From positions 1,211 through 65,210 of the forward strand of contig JABRVW010000009.1 of the NCBI GenBank assembly GCA_039961715.1: DNA of 64,000 bases. Direction: 5' to 3'. The stretch's first letter is position 1; each line of letters begins with the position of its first letter. The notes beneath the pieces are model-generated. The model was not told where the DNA came from. It searched no databases and saw only the letters and a program-made list of their open reading frames with translations. The translations under genes and the position numbers were made by a program. This document shows, one piece after another, positions 46,977-55,777 of this stretch. The stretch comes from Ignavibacterium sp. (GTDB lineage: Bacteria > Bacteroidota > Ignavibacteria > UBA10030).

Positions 46977-47660
46977 TCACAGATATGCTTTACGAAATTC
47001 CTCGTAGTTGTTGATCGTCAGCGTGTTCCCCTCGACCCCAATATGGCCCTTTTCCATGAACTGATGAATCATGCGGGAGACCGTCTCGCGCGAGGTGCCC
47101 GCCATGTTGGCCATGTCCTGCTGGAGAGGAAGATCCTCGATCACGACCTTCCCCTTCTTGAAAACTCCCACGTCATCGGCCAGAAGAAGAAGCACATTCG
47201 CCACGCGTCCGGCGGCGTCTTTCAACGAAAGACTCTTGATCTGCGCATCCGCCTTGCGCAGACGCATGGTCAGTTCCGCCAACAGCGAAATCGCAACGGC
47301 GGGATACTCGTTCAGCAAATCCAGAAACTCGCGGCGGTGGATCATGAACAACTCCGCCTTCGCCGTCGCCACAACCGTGGCGGAACGGGCGAGGCCGTCC
47401 AGAAGAGACATCTCACCGAAGAACTCCCCCGGACCGAAAATGGAAAGGATCACCTCACGTCCCTCTTCATCCGTCCGAACCACCTTCACCTTTCCGGTGA
47501 TGATCACGAACAGGGCCGCTCCCATCTCCTGCTCGAGTACAATGATATTCCCCTTCTTGTATTTCTTGCGGCTCCCGAGTTTGGCGATCTTCTCGAGTTC
47601 CGCATCATCAAGATCCGCAAAGATTGGAACGTTCCGCAGGAAGGCTGTTTCTTCGGTCAT
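46977..47660 (-). CDS. Crp/Fnr-family transcriptional regulator
   Basis: cNMP-binding fold (FGEMSLLDG..RSATVVA). C-terminal HTH (SRETVSRMIHQFMEKG). Confidence 0.88.
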   Translation of the reverse strand: MTEETAFLRNVPIFADLDDAELEKIAKLGSRKKYKKGNIIVLEQEMGAALFVIITGKVKVVRTDEEGREVILSIFGPGEFFGEMSLLDGLARSATVVATAKAELFMIHRREFLDLLNEYPAVAISLLAELTMRLRKADAQIKSLSLKDAAGRVANVLLLLADDVGVFKKGKVVIEDLPLQQDMANMAGTSRETVSRMIHQFMEKGHIGVEGNTLTINNYEEFRKAYL

Positions 47661-47855
47661 GGTACGGGTCTGGAGTGGCCCAATCGATGCCGGGATCGGT
47701 CCGCTCCGGTCGGAGCGGGGAGTCGGTGGCTCAATTCACCGGCCGCATAATATACCCTGAGAGGCAAAGAAAGTCAAGGTAATTGAAGGGGCGGGTTGGT
47801 GTGGCTGATAAAGGGCTGGCCGCCGGTCCATACCGCAGAATCTGCATCCGGTCGG

Positions 47856-48311
47856 TTACATCGATGAGTTGATGCTGAACCGGTTCGACGCCAGGTATCC
47901 CTCCGGCAAGGGAGTCCTTCCGTCGCTTTCCCGGATCAGGAAACGAAGGCGGTAGGTTCCCGATTGGAGCCGTTCAGTGGACATTCGGATGTGTGCCGCG
48001 AACCTCTGAGACCTGGCCAGCACCGTCGGCGGTACCGCGAGCGCAACGCAGAGCGGACCTCCTGCGGGTACCCAGGAATCGTCTGCAAGGCGTTCGAGCG
48101 TGAACCCGGGAAATCCGCATCCGCTGTTGATGATCACGATCGTGCGATCAAGCGTGTTCATGAATGTGACCGTCGCGGCGAATTGATCGCTCACAGTATA
48201 CGACTGCCTGTCGGTCCATGCGAGGAACGCCGCGGCATCAGGGGCGGCAGGAGAACAGGACCGGACAAACGCAACAAACACAAGGAAGCAGGATGTCTTC
48301 ATGGATTTCAC
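47856..48311 (-). CDS. Hypothetical lipoprotein
   Basis: Signal peptide with a Cys (FVRSC). Beta-rich small domain with no recognisable family. Confidence 0.55.
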   Translation of the reverse strand: MKSMKTSCFLVFVAFVRSCSPAAPDAAAFLAWTDRQSYTVSDQFAATVTFMNTLDRTIVIINSGCGFPGFTLERLADDSWVPAGGPLCVALAVPPTVLARSQRFAAHIRMSTERLQSGTYRLRFLIRESDGRTPLPEGYLASNRFSINSSM

Positions 48312-48346
48312 CTCATCGCGCCCGCACTTCCAAATCCTCCAGGAAC

Positions 48347-49813
48347 CTAATCAAGGTGAATGATGAACGACACTTGATGCGTGATGATGACCGCGTCATC
48401 GAGAACCAGCGCCCCACTCGGCGCGACAAGAAAGTCCGAAGCCGAATCGAAACCTCCTGCTGTGGGCACTATTCCGCCTTCGACACCCGGCCGGCCCGTC
48501 CCGAAGTCCGCAAGGCCCAGATACTTCACCTGGCCTCCCCACAGGGCGAACCCGAATCCAAAGCTGAAGGTAATCTCCGTCCATGATTCCTTCTGCCGCC
48601 GGACCGTGCCCGCACGATGATCAATCTGCTTCATGTCGTACGAAATCCGATGAAAGCGCAGTCCCGCACCAATATCGCGCACAAGGGACCGGACGCCGAA
48701 TCGAAGGTGATAGTTTGAGAAATCAAAAAAGTTTTCGATCGTGCGCACGGTCCTTGTGACCGGCACAAAATCGATCCCATCGGCGGCCATAACCGCCATT
48801 TCCCCCTCTGCCCACGTCTCACTCCTCACAGGCTCATAGACCACATCGATGCCAAAACTTGCTGATGATCCCTTACTCGAAAGGCCAATACCGACATTCC
48901 ACGCCGATGAGTTTCCGGGATCGCGCGGGATATTCATCAGCTCGTAGTTCGGTATCTTCGGATGAGTCTTTACCGTGCCGGTCAGGATCCCGCCGATCCG
49001 CCACACGGCATTCAACGGCTGGCTGTATTCCAGATGCAGGCCATACGCGAGAGTCTTGTCTTCCTCCTCACGGATCGTGGAGAGAGGAATCCAGTCGTCA
49101 AAAGGCATCACCGGTCCGGGAGAACCGATTTGCATCAGGTGCCGCATGTCGGTTGCCTGATGGGCCAGCACCGCCTCGAACGCGCACCCGCCGTCCCATG
49201 TGCCCCTGAACCCAAGGCGATACGTTGCAATCGAACCGCGTTGAGTGAGGTCTCCCCCCCGCGGATACAAATACTGCACGCCATCCACCGCATTGAGATC
49301 GGCCCAGAACGCGCTCAATCCGACAGAGAACGCGGTCCCCGGAATGTTCATCCCGACCAAGCCAAACGTGTAGGTGTTGGCATTCGATTCACCGGAGGTT
49401 CCGCCCCACGGAGTTGACATGACGATCGGAAAGGATACCTCTTTTGACGAAAGAACCTGCCTCGCCCAGGTCAATCCTCCGAAGTACCGCTCTCCACCGA
49501 GAAGGATGCTCATCGGAAATGTTGCGTTCACGGTGCTGCGCGCGCCGCTTTCAAGCCCGACACCGTAGACCATCGGTGACGTAGAGGCTCTCACACCCTT
49601 CACCATTGATCCGGCGGCCGGATTGACAAATGGATCGGCGAGCGAGTCCTCCACCGCTATCGAAACGCCGCCCATGACGCGATTGACGGACGGATGGACA
49701 AGAAACTGGTCGCCCTGTGCGAGCGGGATTGTCCGAATGGGAATGATCTGGGAAGCGGCGCGGAAAGGAAAAATGACGGCGAACAATAGCAGAGAAAATA
49801 CTGACGTTCGCAT
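48347..49813 (-). CDS. Hypothetical outer-membrane beta-barrel-like protein
   Basis: Signal peptide (…FRAASQ). Many alternating amphipathic beta-strand segments (TYRLGFRGTW, AYGLHLEYS, SFGIDVVYEP, EITFSFGFGFAL). No family recognised. Confidence 0.6.
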   Translation of the reverse strand: MRTSVFSLLLFAVIFPFRAASQIIPIRTIPLAQGDQFLVHPSVNRVMGGVSIAVEDSLADPFVNPAAGSMVKGVRASTSPMVYGVGLESGARSTVNATFPMSILLGGERYFGGLTWARQVLSSKEVSFPIVMSTPWGGTSGESNANTYTFGLVGMNIPGTAFSVGLSAFWADLNAVDGVQYLYPRGGDLTQRGSIATYRLGFRGTWDGGCAFEAVLAHQATDMRHLMQIGSPGPVMPFDDWIPLSTIREEEDKTLAYGLHLEYSQPLNAVWRIGGILTGTVKTHPKIPNYELMNIPRDPGNSSAWNVGIGLSSKGSSASFGIDVVYEPVRSETWAEGEMAVMAADGIDFVPVTRTVRTIENFFDFSNYHLRFGVRSLVRDIGAGLRFHRISYDMKQIDHRAGTVRRQKESWTEITFSFGFGFALWGGQVKYLGLADFGTGRPGVEGGIVPTAGGFDSASDFLVAPSGALVLDDAVIITHQVSFIIHLD

Positions 49814-49843
49814 GTTCCCCTCAATGGCTGTTCAACCACCCGA

Positions 49844-49872
49844 ATACTACAAAACGACGCGGTTCCAGTCAA
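49844..49872 (-). promoter_or_regulatory. Putative sigma70-type promoter of the beta-barrel/lipoprotein pair
   Basis: The minus strand reads TTGACT, 17 nt, TAGTAT, followed by a 30-nt leader containing GAGGGG ahead of the ATG at 49813. Confidence 0.4.
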
Positions 49873-49911
49873 GAAAAGAGGGATGGATGGCGTGAGGGGC
49901 GGGATGAAATG

Positions 49912-50679
49912 CTATTCGGACAGGAGAAGATACGTAAGAACGGCAAAACTGAGTTCAGTCAAAACGAGAGCGACTCCTGAATATCCGTCATAGCGCCTCG
50001 TCGCGTTCAGATGGCGTTCGCTCCTGGTCGCGGCATAGAGGCCAAACCGGTGGTCGGCTTTTTGTTTGAAGTACGCAGCAGCAACCCCGGAGACAACCAT
50101 GGCTCCGGCGGAAAGGTAGGTCGCAAGACGCGTCCCGGCACGCTCCGCGGAACTTTCGATTCCCCGGTCCGCATCCGGAGGCTGTGCACCGTCAGGAATC
50201 TTCAACGAGAAAAACCTGCCCGAAGCGACGGGATCGATGTAAAGGTCCTCGTATCCCTCCTTTCTGACCCTGAGCGCACTTCTGAGGGATTCGGCGCTTC
50301 TATGATAGAGCGGCGTCGTCCCGATCAACCGGTCCTGATCATAGACCGACGCGCCGGCCGGTATGGTGTGGAGGCTGAACACGCTCCCGAACTCGAATTC
50401 GAGCGTGAGTTCCTCCCCTTCCCTTCCGTGAATTTCCTGGCTCTGAACAGTCGCATTCCATTGCCGGATATCCGGATACGCGGTCTTCACCATGTGGATA
50501 CCCTTCCCCGGCGTCAAACCCCGCAGTGGGGTGACGCCCGCGAACACAGAGTCCACATAGACTTCCGCTCCCGGCGGATGGCTTAGCACATTCAGACGAA
50601 ATGGCGCGGGAACGCCCTCAGGCGTCTGTGCCTGCGCGAGAGCGGGAAGAACAAATAGAAGAAGAGGGATGGCCTTCAT
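49912..50679 (-). CDS. PEGA-domain protein with C-terminal TM helices
   Basis: Signal peptide. Two PEGA-like modules (PPGAEVYVDSVFAGVTPL; PAGASVYDQDRLIGTTPL). Two C-terminal hydrophobic helices. Confidence 0.7.
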   Translation of the reverse strand: MKAIPLLLFVLPALAQAQTPEGVPAPFRLNVLSHPPGAEVYVDSVFAGVTPLRGLTPGKGIHMVKTAYPDIRQWNATVQSQEIHGREGEELTLEFEFGSVFSLHTIPAGASVYDQDRLIGTTPLYHRSAESLRSALRVRKEGYEDLYIDPVASGRFFSLKIPDGAQPPDADRGIESSAERAGTRLATYLSAGAMVVSGVAAAYFKQKADHRFGLYAATRSERHLNATRRYDGYSGVALVLTELSFAVLTYLLLSE

Positions 50680-51845
50680 GGTCCTTTTGCCTTGAGCGCC
50701 GTGATGTACTTGTCTTCAGACGTCACCAGCAGAATGTCACCCCACAGGACGGGAGACACCCTGATCCGCCCTTCCGCTTCATAGCTCCATCGTTCCTTTC
50801 CGGTTGCCGCGTCCAGCGCGTAAAGACGCTTGTTCAACGTTCCCACATACACCAGGCTCCCGGCGGCAAGGGCGGGGGAACCGATGACGCTCCCCGTGGA
50901 AAAGGTCCATCGAAGCGCGCCGGAAGCCGTGTCCAGCGCATGCAGAACACCGTTGGCGCATCCGATGAACACTGTTTCCTGGAAAACCGATGCAGAAGCG
51001 TACACCTTGGATCCTGTTTGGTATTTCCACCGAACAGCCCCTGTGAGCGCATCAAGCGCAAAGACGTCGCCGGCGAGATTGCCCGCGATCACGAGTCCGT
51101 TGGCCATCAGAGGAGTCGCAAATACGCTCGCGCCGGTGGGGGTTTTCCAGAGGAGAATTCCCCGCTCGCGATCGAGCCCGTAGAGCGAATGGTCATCACT
51201 GCCGAATGCAAGTACACGTCCTTCCACGGCCGGAGAAGACCGGATTGCCTCTCTGCGATCCTTCGTTCCCGAGTCAAAGCTCCAGATCTCGTTTCCGCCG
51301 TCCTTGTCGATGCAATGCACAGTTCCGCGCAGCGTGGTGATATAGACGTGATCACCAAGAACGAGCGGCGATGATTCGACCGGTCCGAGATCCGCGGCCC
51401 ACACCTCCCTCCCCCCGGCCAGATCAAGACAAACGAGACTCTGTTCCGGTCCGGACAGCGGAAGGATCACCCTGCTGCCGTCGAGGGCCGGAGTACCGAC
51501 GATGGGCTGTTCGAGTGTCTTGTATCCCAGCCTCCTCCCTGTTCGCAGATCGACTGCCTGGATCTCGCCGTGGAGAGTTCCAACGATCATCGTACTGTCG
51601 CTGACGAGCGGGGTCGCGCTCAGTCCGGCCTGTGCGTTGTATTCCCAGAGAAACTCGAATGGAGGGAGAACGTGAGTGCCCATGGCATTGGCGCGGGTGG
51701 GGCCGCCTCCGTACATGGTCCAGTCGGACGGCCCCGGCGAAAGCGCCTTGTTCAGGCGCACGCCGGAGCAACCCGATGCAGCCGCGATCAACACGGCGAG
51801 GAGCAATGATCCGATGGTGCGGCTTCCTGCCATCAGAAATCCCAT
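50676..51845 (-). CDS. PQQ-like beta-propeller lipoprotein (BamB-like)
   Basis: Lipobox AASGC. Repeated propeller blades with the G.V.A.D..TG...W pattern. Confidence 0.8.
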   Translation of the reverse strand: MGFLMAGSRTIGSLLLAVLIAAASGCSGVRLNKALSPGPSDWTMYGGGPTRANAMGTHVLPPFEFLWEYNAQAGLSATPLVSDSTMIVGTLHGEIQAVDLRTGRRLGYKTLEQPIVGTPALDGSRVILPLSGPEQSLVCLDLAGGREVWAADLGPVESSPLVLGDHVYITTLRGTVHCIDKDGGNEIWSFDSGTKDRREAIRSSPAVEGRVLAFGSDDHSLYGLDRERGILLWKTPTGASVFATPLMANGLVIAGNLAGDVFALDALTGAVRWKYQTGSKVYASASVFQETVFIGCANGVLHALDTASGALRWTFSTGSVIGSPALAAGSLVYVGTLNKRLYALDAATGKERWSYEAEGRIRVSPVLWGDILLVTSEDKYITALKAKGP

Positions 51846-54640
51846 CCGAAGAAGAATTGATGGAAAATTCCCTTCTGGAACTTCGAGAGATCCTGTTCAA
51901 TCCTCTTGCCGATGTCGTATCTCAGTACGAGGAATCCGCCGAGGTTCATTCTGATCCCCGTTCCCACGCTCCCGAGAGTCTCTCGGTAGGAGCGGTCCCA
52001 TGCACCGCCAAAGTCGGCAAACAGGGCTCCGCGGATGGAGCCGAAGGCAATTCCCCCAAACGGAAACCGAATGCCGAGCTGGTCGATGAACGGAAAGCGA
52101 AGTTCATGGCTTGTGATCCAGAGTTTTTGTCCGCGGATCGACCACCGGCGCCAGCCGCGCAGGTCCCAGCTCCCACCCATGAAGAACCGCCTCGCCTCAC
52201 GACCCTCATTGTACCACAGATTGAATCTCGAGGCAAACGCCGCGCGGTTCCCAAGGCGGAGATAGGACCGGTAATCCGCGATCACGGTATAATAATTTAC
52301 GTTGGAATATTGCACATCGCTCGTATAGGCGAGGGTGAGCTTCAGACGGTTGCCGTCGAGCGGACCCGTTGGCCCCCACAGCGAATTGTCCCAGACGAAT
52401 GACAACGCGTTTGAAACCATCAGTGCCCGGCGCGGGATCTCGCCGGTGTAAATATCCTTGTCCGAATTGCTGACTGTAACGTTGCCCTCGAGCCGCTGAA
52501 ACTTGGAGAGTGGATAGCTCAGAGCGAAATATCCGCCGAAGGATCTCTCATAATAGAAGACATCCGGGTCAGTCAGATCGTAGCGGTTTCCGGAAAAATG
52601 GAAGATGCCGTACGCGTAGTTCGCTCTTTGTCCAAGCGAAATGCGCGACATGGCAATGTTGAAGCTCTCGAGAAGCTCGGACGACGCTTGCGCGGTGTTG
52701 TAGATCAGAAAATAATAGAGATCGTTCCCAAGCACATCGCTCATGGCCAGGGCTGCCCCGCCCGCGGTGCCGAACACCGGATCCACGGAAATCTGGCTCT
52801 GCGCAATATCGAGCTGGTAATCGCCCTCATAGTCAAACCGTTCCACCACGGCCTCGCCTTCGAGGCCATTGACCGTCCAGTGCCGGCCATCGTGAAGAAC
52901 GGCAATCGGGTGAAGGACAGCGGAGGAATCGTAACGCGCGAGAACGTCATCAATGCTCCGGAGCCGGAAGCTGAAATTTTCGAAGGATGCGAAGTACATC
53001 TCTCCATCATTTCCCCAGGCCGGATCGAACGCGGCCGTGGAAAACGACGTGATTTTTCGCATCGATTTTCGGCTCTCCTCCGTGCTCATGTCCATCATCC
53101 AGATGTTCTGCGCCCCATCCTTGTCCGATGTGAACGCCAGCCATCTGCCGTCCCTTGACCAGACGGGTGCATAGTAGCTCTCGGGGCCGGCGGTAAGATA
53201 CCGAATGACGAGGGTCTTCATATCGAGCGTGAAGAGGTTGTATGCCCCTTCCCTTCCGTGGGGCGTGCGGTCGGAGCTGAACACGATCGTCGAGCCGTCG
53301 GGCGACCAGGCAGGGTCGCGGTCATCATAGAAATCGTTCGTAAGCTTCACCAGGTCGCGCGATCCGACGTCGAAGAGAAACAAGTCGTTGTTTCCGGACT
53401 TGTCGATCGACGAGAACACCAGACGTTTGCCGTCAGGCGACCAGCTGGGCGAGCCGAGAACCACCAGGCTCTTGAATCTGATCGTCTCCACGAGTTCCTC
53501 GTTTGGAATGTTGTAAAAGTGGAGAACGTCGTTCTCTCCGCTTTTGGTGACAAAAGCGAGCGTACCGTCACTGGAAATATCGAGTTTGCTCTGGAACGGA
53601 TGAAATGCTTCAAACTCATCCGACGTCTCACCTTTGATCACCACCTCCGGGTCGGGCTCCTTTTCATCAAGGTTCACCCGGTACACGCTGGTGTACCCCG
53701 TATAGTTGCCGATGTAATACAGCTCCCGTTTTCCGTCATGAGCATAGAACACCGGCTTGCTGTTGAATCCTTCATCCACGATTTTCCTGGTCACGCCGCT
53801 CGGCAGGTCGGAACCCTTCAGCATGGGATAGTAGCGCTTCTTCAGATAGTACATCCATTCCTCGTCGAACTCTTCATAATCCTTTCCGATCGTGTGTTTC
53901 AAGACCTGGCTGAAAGAGGAGGATTTCCAGAAATTCTCGAAGAGGAGGAGGAGCTTTTCCTCGCCGTACCGTTCGGCGATGAACTCACAGATCTGCTGTC
54001 CTTCCTTGTACATGAGGAAGCTTCCATAGATCCTGTCCATCGAGCTTACCGGCACCACATAATTATTGAGCACGGCGTCGCGAAGCACCATTTCGGCCTG
54101 CGTGTCCCAGGAGGTGGACCAATACTCGGCGAGGCCTTCGGTAAACCAGAGCGGAGGGGTCCTGTCCTGTGTCTGGCGGTGGTCCAGGAGAACGCGATTG
54201 ATCTTGCTGACGGTGAACACGTGCACCAATTCATGGCGGATGACATGCGCGAACTGCGCCGTGGATCCGTTGGAGGGAATGACAACGCGGCCTTTCAGAA
54301 ACTCAAAGAACCCGCCGACACCTTCCGGAATGAATCCCGGTGTGACGTTGGTCTGCTGGAAATGGAGGTGGGAACTGTAGAAGATAAGGGGGATGCGCGT
54401 GGCGATCGAGTGATTGAACTTCTGCTTGAGTTCCCTGTACGCATCCTCTGCGAACGCAGCCCCGCGTTCTGCCAGCTCGCGCATCTCGGGATAGAAATAA
54501 ATGTCGAAGTGTTCGGTCTTCAGCACCTGCCACCGGAAGTCCGTGTATTGGACCTTGTTCCGCCCGAAGTAGTAGAACTGGGCCTCCGCAAGATTCGTCC
54601 ACACGAACAACAGCGCACAGCCGACGAGGAAATGCTTCAT
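51833..54640 (-). CDS. Tripartite outer-membrane protein: HExxH peptidase-like domain, TolB-type (PD40) beta-propeller and Omp85-like beta-barrel
   Basis: Signal peptide, then HELVH within an MA-clan-like N-domain. PD40 repeats follow (SPSWSPDGKRLVFSS, DPAWSPDGSTIVFSSDR, APVWSRDGRWLAFTSDKDG). The C-terminal barrel ends ...FFFGWDF. Confidence 0.75.
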   Translation of the reverse strand: MKHFLVGCALLFVWTNLAEAQFYYFGRNKVQYTDFRWQVLKTEHFDIYFYPEMRELAERGAAFAEDAYRELKQKFNHSIATRIPLIFYSSHLHFQQTNVTPGFIPEGVGGFFEFLKGRVVIPSNGSTAQFAHVIRHELVHVFTVSKINRVLLDHRQTQDRTPPLWFTEGLAEYWSTSWDTQAEMVLRDAVLNNYVVPVSSMDRIYGSFLMYKEGQQICEFIAERYGEEKLLLLFENFWKSSSFSQVLKHTIGKDYEEFDEEWMYYLKKRYYPMLKGSDLPSGVTRKIVDEGFNSKPVFYAHDGKRELYYIGNYTGYTSVYRVNLDEKEPDPEVVIKGETSDEFEAFHPFQSKLDISSDGTLAFVTKSGENDVLHFYNIPNEELVETIRFKSLVVLGSPSWSPDGKRLVFSSIDKSGNNDLFLFDVGSRDLVKLTNDFYDDRDPAWSPDGSTIVFSSDRTPHGREGAYNLFTLDMKTLVIRYLTAGPESYYAPVWSRDGRWLAFTSDKDGAQNIWMMDMSTEESRKSMRKITSFSTAAFDPAWGNDGEMYFASFENFSFRLRSIDDVLARYDSSAVLHPIAVLHDGRHWTVNGLEGEAVVERFDYEGDYQLDIAQSQISVDPVFGTAGGAALAMSDVLGNDLYYFLIYNTAQASSELLESFNIAMSRISLGQRANYAYGIFHFSGNRYDLTDPDVFYYERSFGGYFALSYPLSKFQRLEGNVTVSNSDKDIYTGEIPRRALMVSNALSFVWDNSLWGPTGPLDGNRLKLTLAYTSDVQYSNVNYYTVIADYRSYLRLGNRAAFASRFNLWYNEGREARRFFMGGSWDLRGWRRWSIRGQKLWITSHELRFPFIDQLGIRFPFGGIAFGSIRGALFADFGGAWDRSYRETLGSVGTGIRMNLGGFLVLRYDIGKRIEQDLSKFQKGIFHQFFFGWDF

Positions 54641-55692
54641 ACCTTTGCCAGCTCACCCTTCAGATAATCGATCACCTTCACGGGCGTCGGGTCCTGATTG
54701 TTCAGGATGGCGAGGTAGTAACTCACCCAATCGCCAAACTGGATCAACGAAAACATGCGTGCCAGCGGCGACGTGCCCGCGCTCCAGACCTCGCTCACGT
54801 GCGCGGCGTACTTTCCGGTGATCTCCTTCGTGAGCTCCTCCCGGAGAGCCACGCGTTTATGCGTGCCGCGGTCGCGGAGGAAGATCACTTCCATCTGCCT
54901 CATCAGAGGGGTCAGCACGTTCCAGCCCACAAGCTCATTATGGTTCATTTCCGGAAGCACATGTCCAAAGCAGAGTTGTTTCGCGTTCTCTGCGATCTGA
55001 CCGCGCCATCGCACGTTGACGGCATCCAGATAATCGGTAGGGCTGTACACCACGGGCAGTCTGTCCTTGAGTTGCCGCGCAAGGCCAAGGGGGGCGTTCT
55101 CTGCAGAGTCCGGATCGGCATAGGTTCTGTTCCGTTCATCGAGCAGACGCACGGTTTCGCGGATTTCCCGCGTTTTCGGCTTCACGAATCCGCTCTTCGC
55201 AAGCACGACGAGCAGGGGGAAAAACGAATAGCCCAGAGCCGCCCGCGGCGAGAGGCCTGCGGGAATCGTCATCAGCGGCTGTTTGAGCCGCGCGGCTGTT
55301 TTGCCGATCGTGCCGCCTGTCGTAATGCAAAGGACTCGCGCCTTTCTCTTGACCGCATCCCTGTGTGCCGAGATCGTCTCCTCGGTGTTGCCGGAGTAGC
55401 TGGAGACGACAACCAGCGTCTTTTGCTTAACAAATGCCGGCAGAGAATAGTGCCGGTTGACCAGGAAGGGAATCTTCAGCTCGTCGGAAAGATAGGAACG
55501 GAGGAGGTCTCCTCCGATCGCAGAGCCTCCGAGGCCTGTCAGGACAATGTTTTCGATCCCGCGGGAGGCAACCTTGACGCCGGATCGCTCGCCGATCGAG
55601 ACGGCATTCTCGATCTGACGCGGAAATTCCCTGATCCAATGGAACATCCCGGTTGGATCGAGCCGGGCGATGTCGGAGCTGAGGGAAGACAT
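54637..55692 (-). CDS. Bifunctional phosphoglucose/phosphomannose isomerase (SIS domain)
   Basis: SIS pattern (VVVSSYSGNTEET). Length and C-terminal region are typical of archaeal/bacterial PGI/PMI. Confidence 0.85.
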   Translation of the reverse strand: MSSLSSDIARLDPTGMFHWIREFPRQIENAVSIGERSGVKVASRGIENIVLTGLGGSAIGGDLLRSYLSDELKIPFLVNRHYSLPAFVKQKTLVVVSSYSGNTEETISAHRDAVKRKARVLCITTGGTIGKTAARLKQPLMTIPAGLSPRAALGYSFFPLLVVLAKSGFVKPKTREIRETVRLLDERNRTYADPDSAENAPLGLARQLKDRLPVVYSPTDYLDAVNVRWRGQIAENAKQLCFGHVLPEMNHNELVGWNVLTPLMRQMEVIFLRDRGTHKRVALREELTKEITGKYAAHVSEVWSAGTSPLARMFSLIQFGDWVSYYLAILNNQDPTPVKVIDYLKGELAKV

Positions 55693-55696
55693 GAGG

Positions 55697-55716
55697 GGTT
55701 TCAGGTTCAGGTTTAT
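55697..55716. repeat. GGTTTCA/CTGAAAC-type short tract abutting the pgi/pmi start
   Basis: The plus strand reads GGTTTCA GGTTCA GGTTTAT. On the coding (minus) strand this is ATAAACC TGAACC TGAAACC, 4 nt upstream of the ATG at 55692. Confidence 0.5.
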
Positions 55717-55777
55717 GTGTGCTTGTACTATTCGGGAGATCTGTTAATCAGTATCGACATCTCGCTTGTCACATCCC

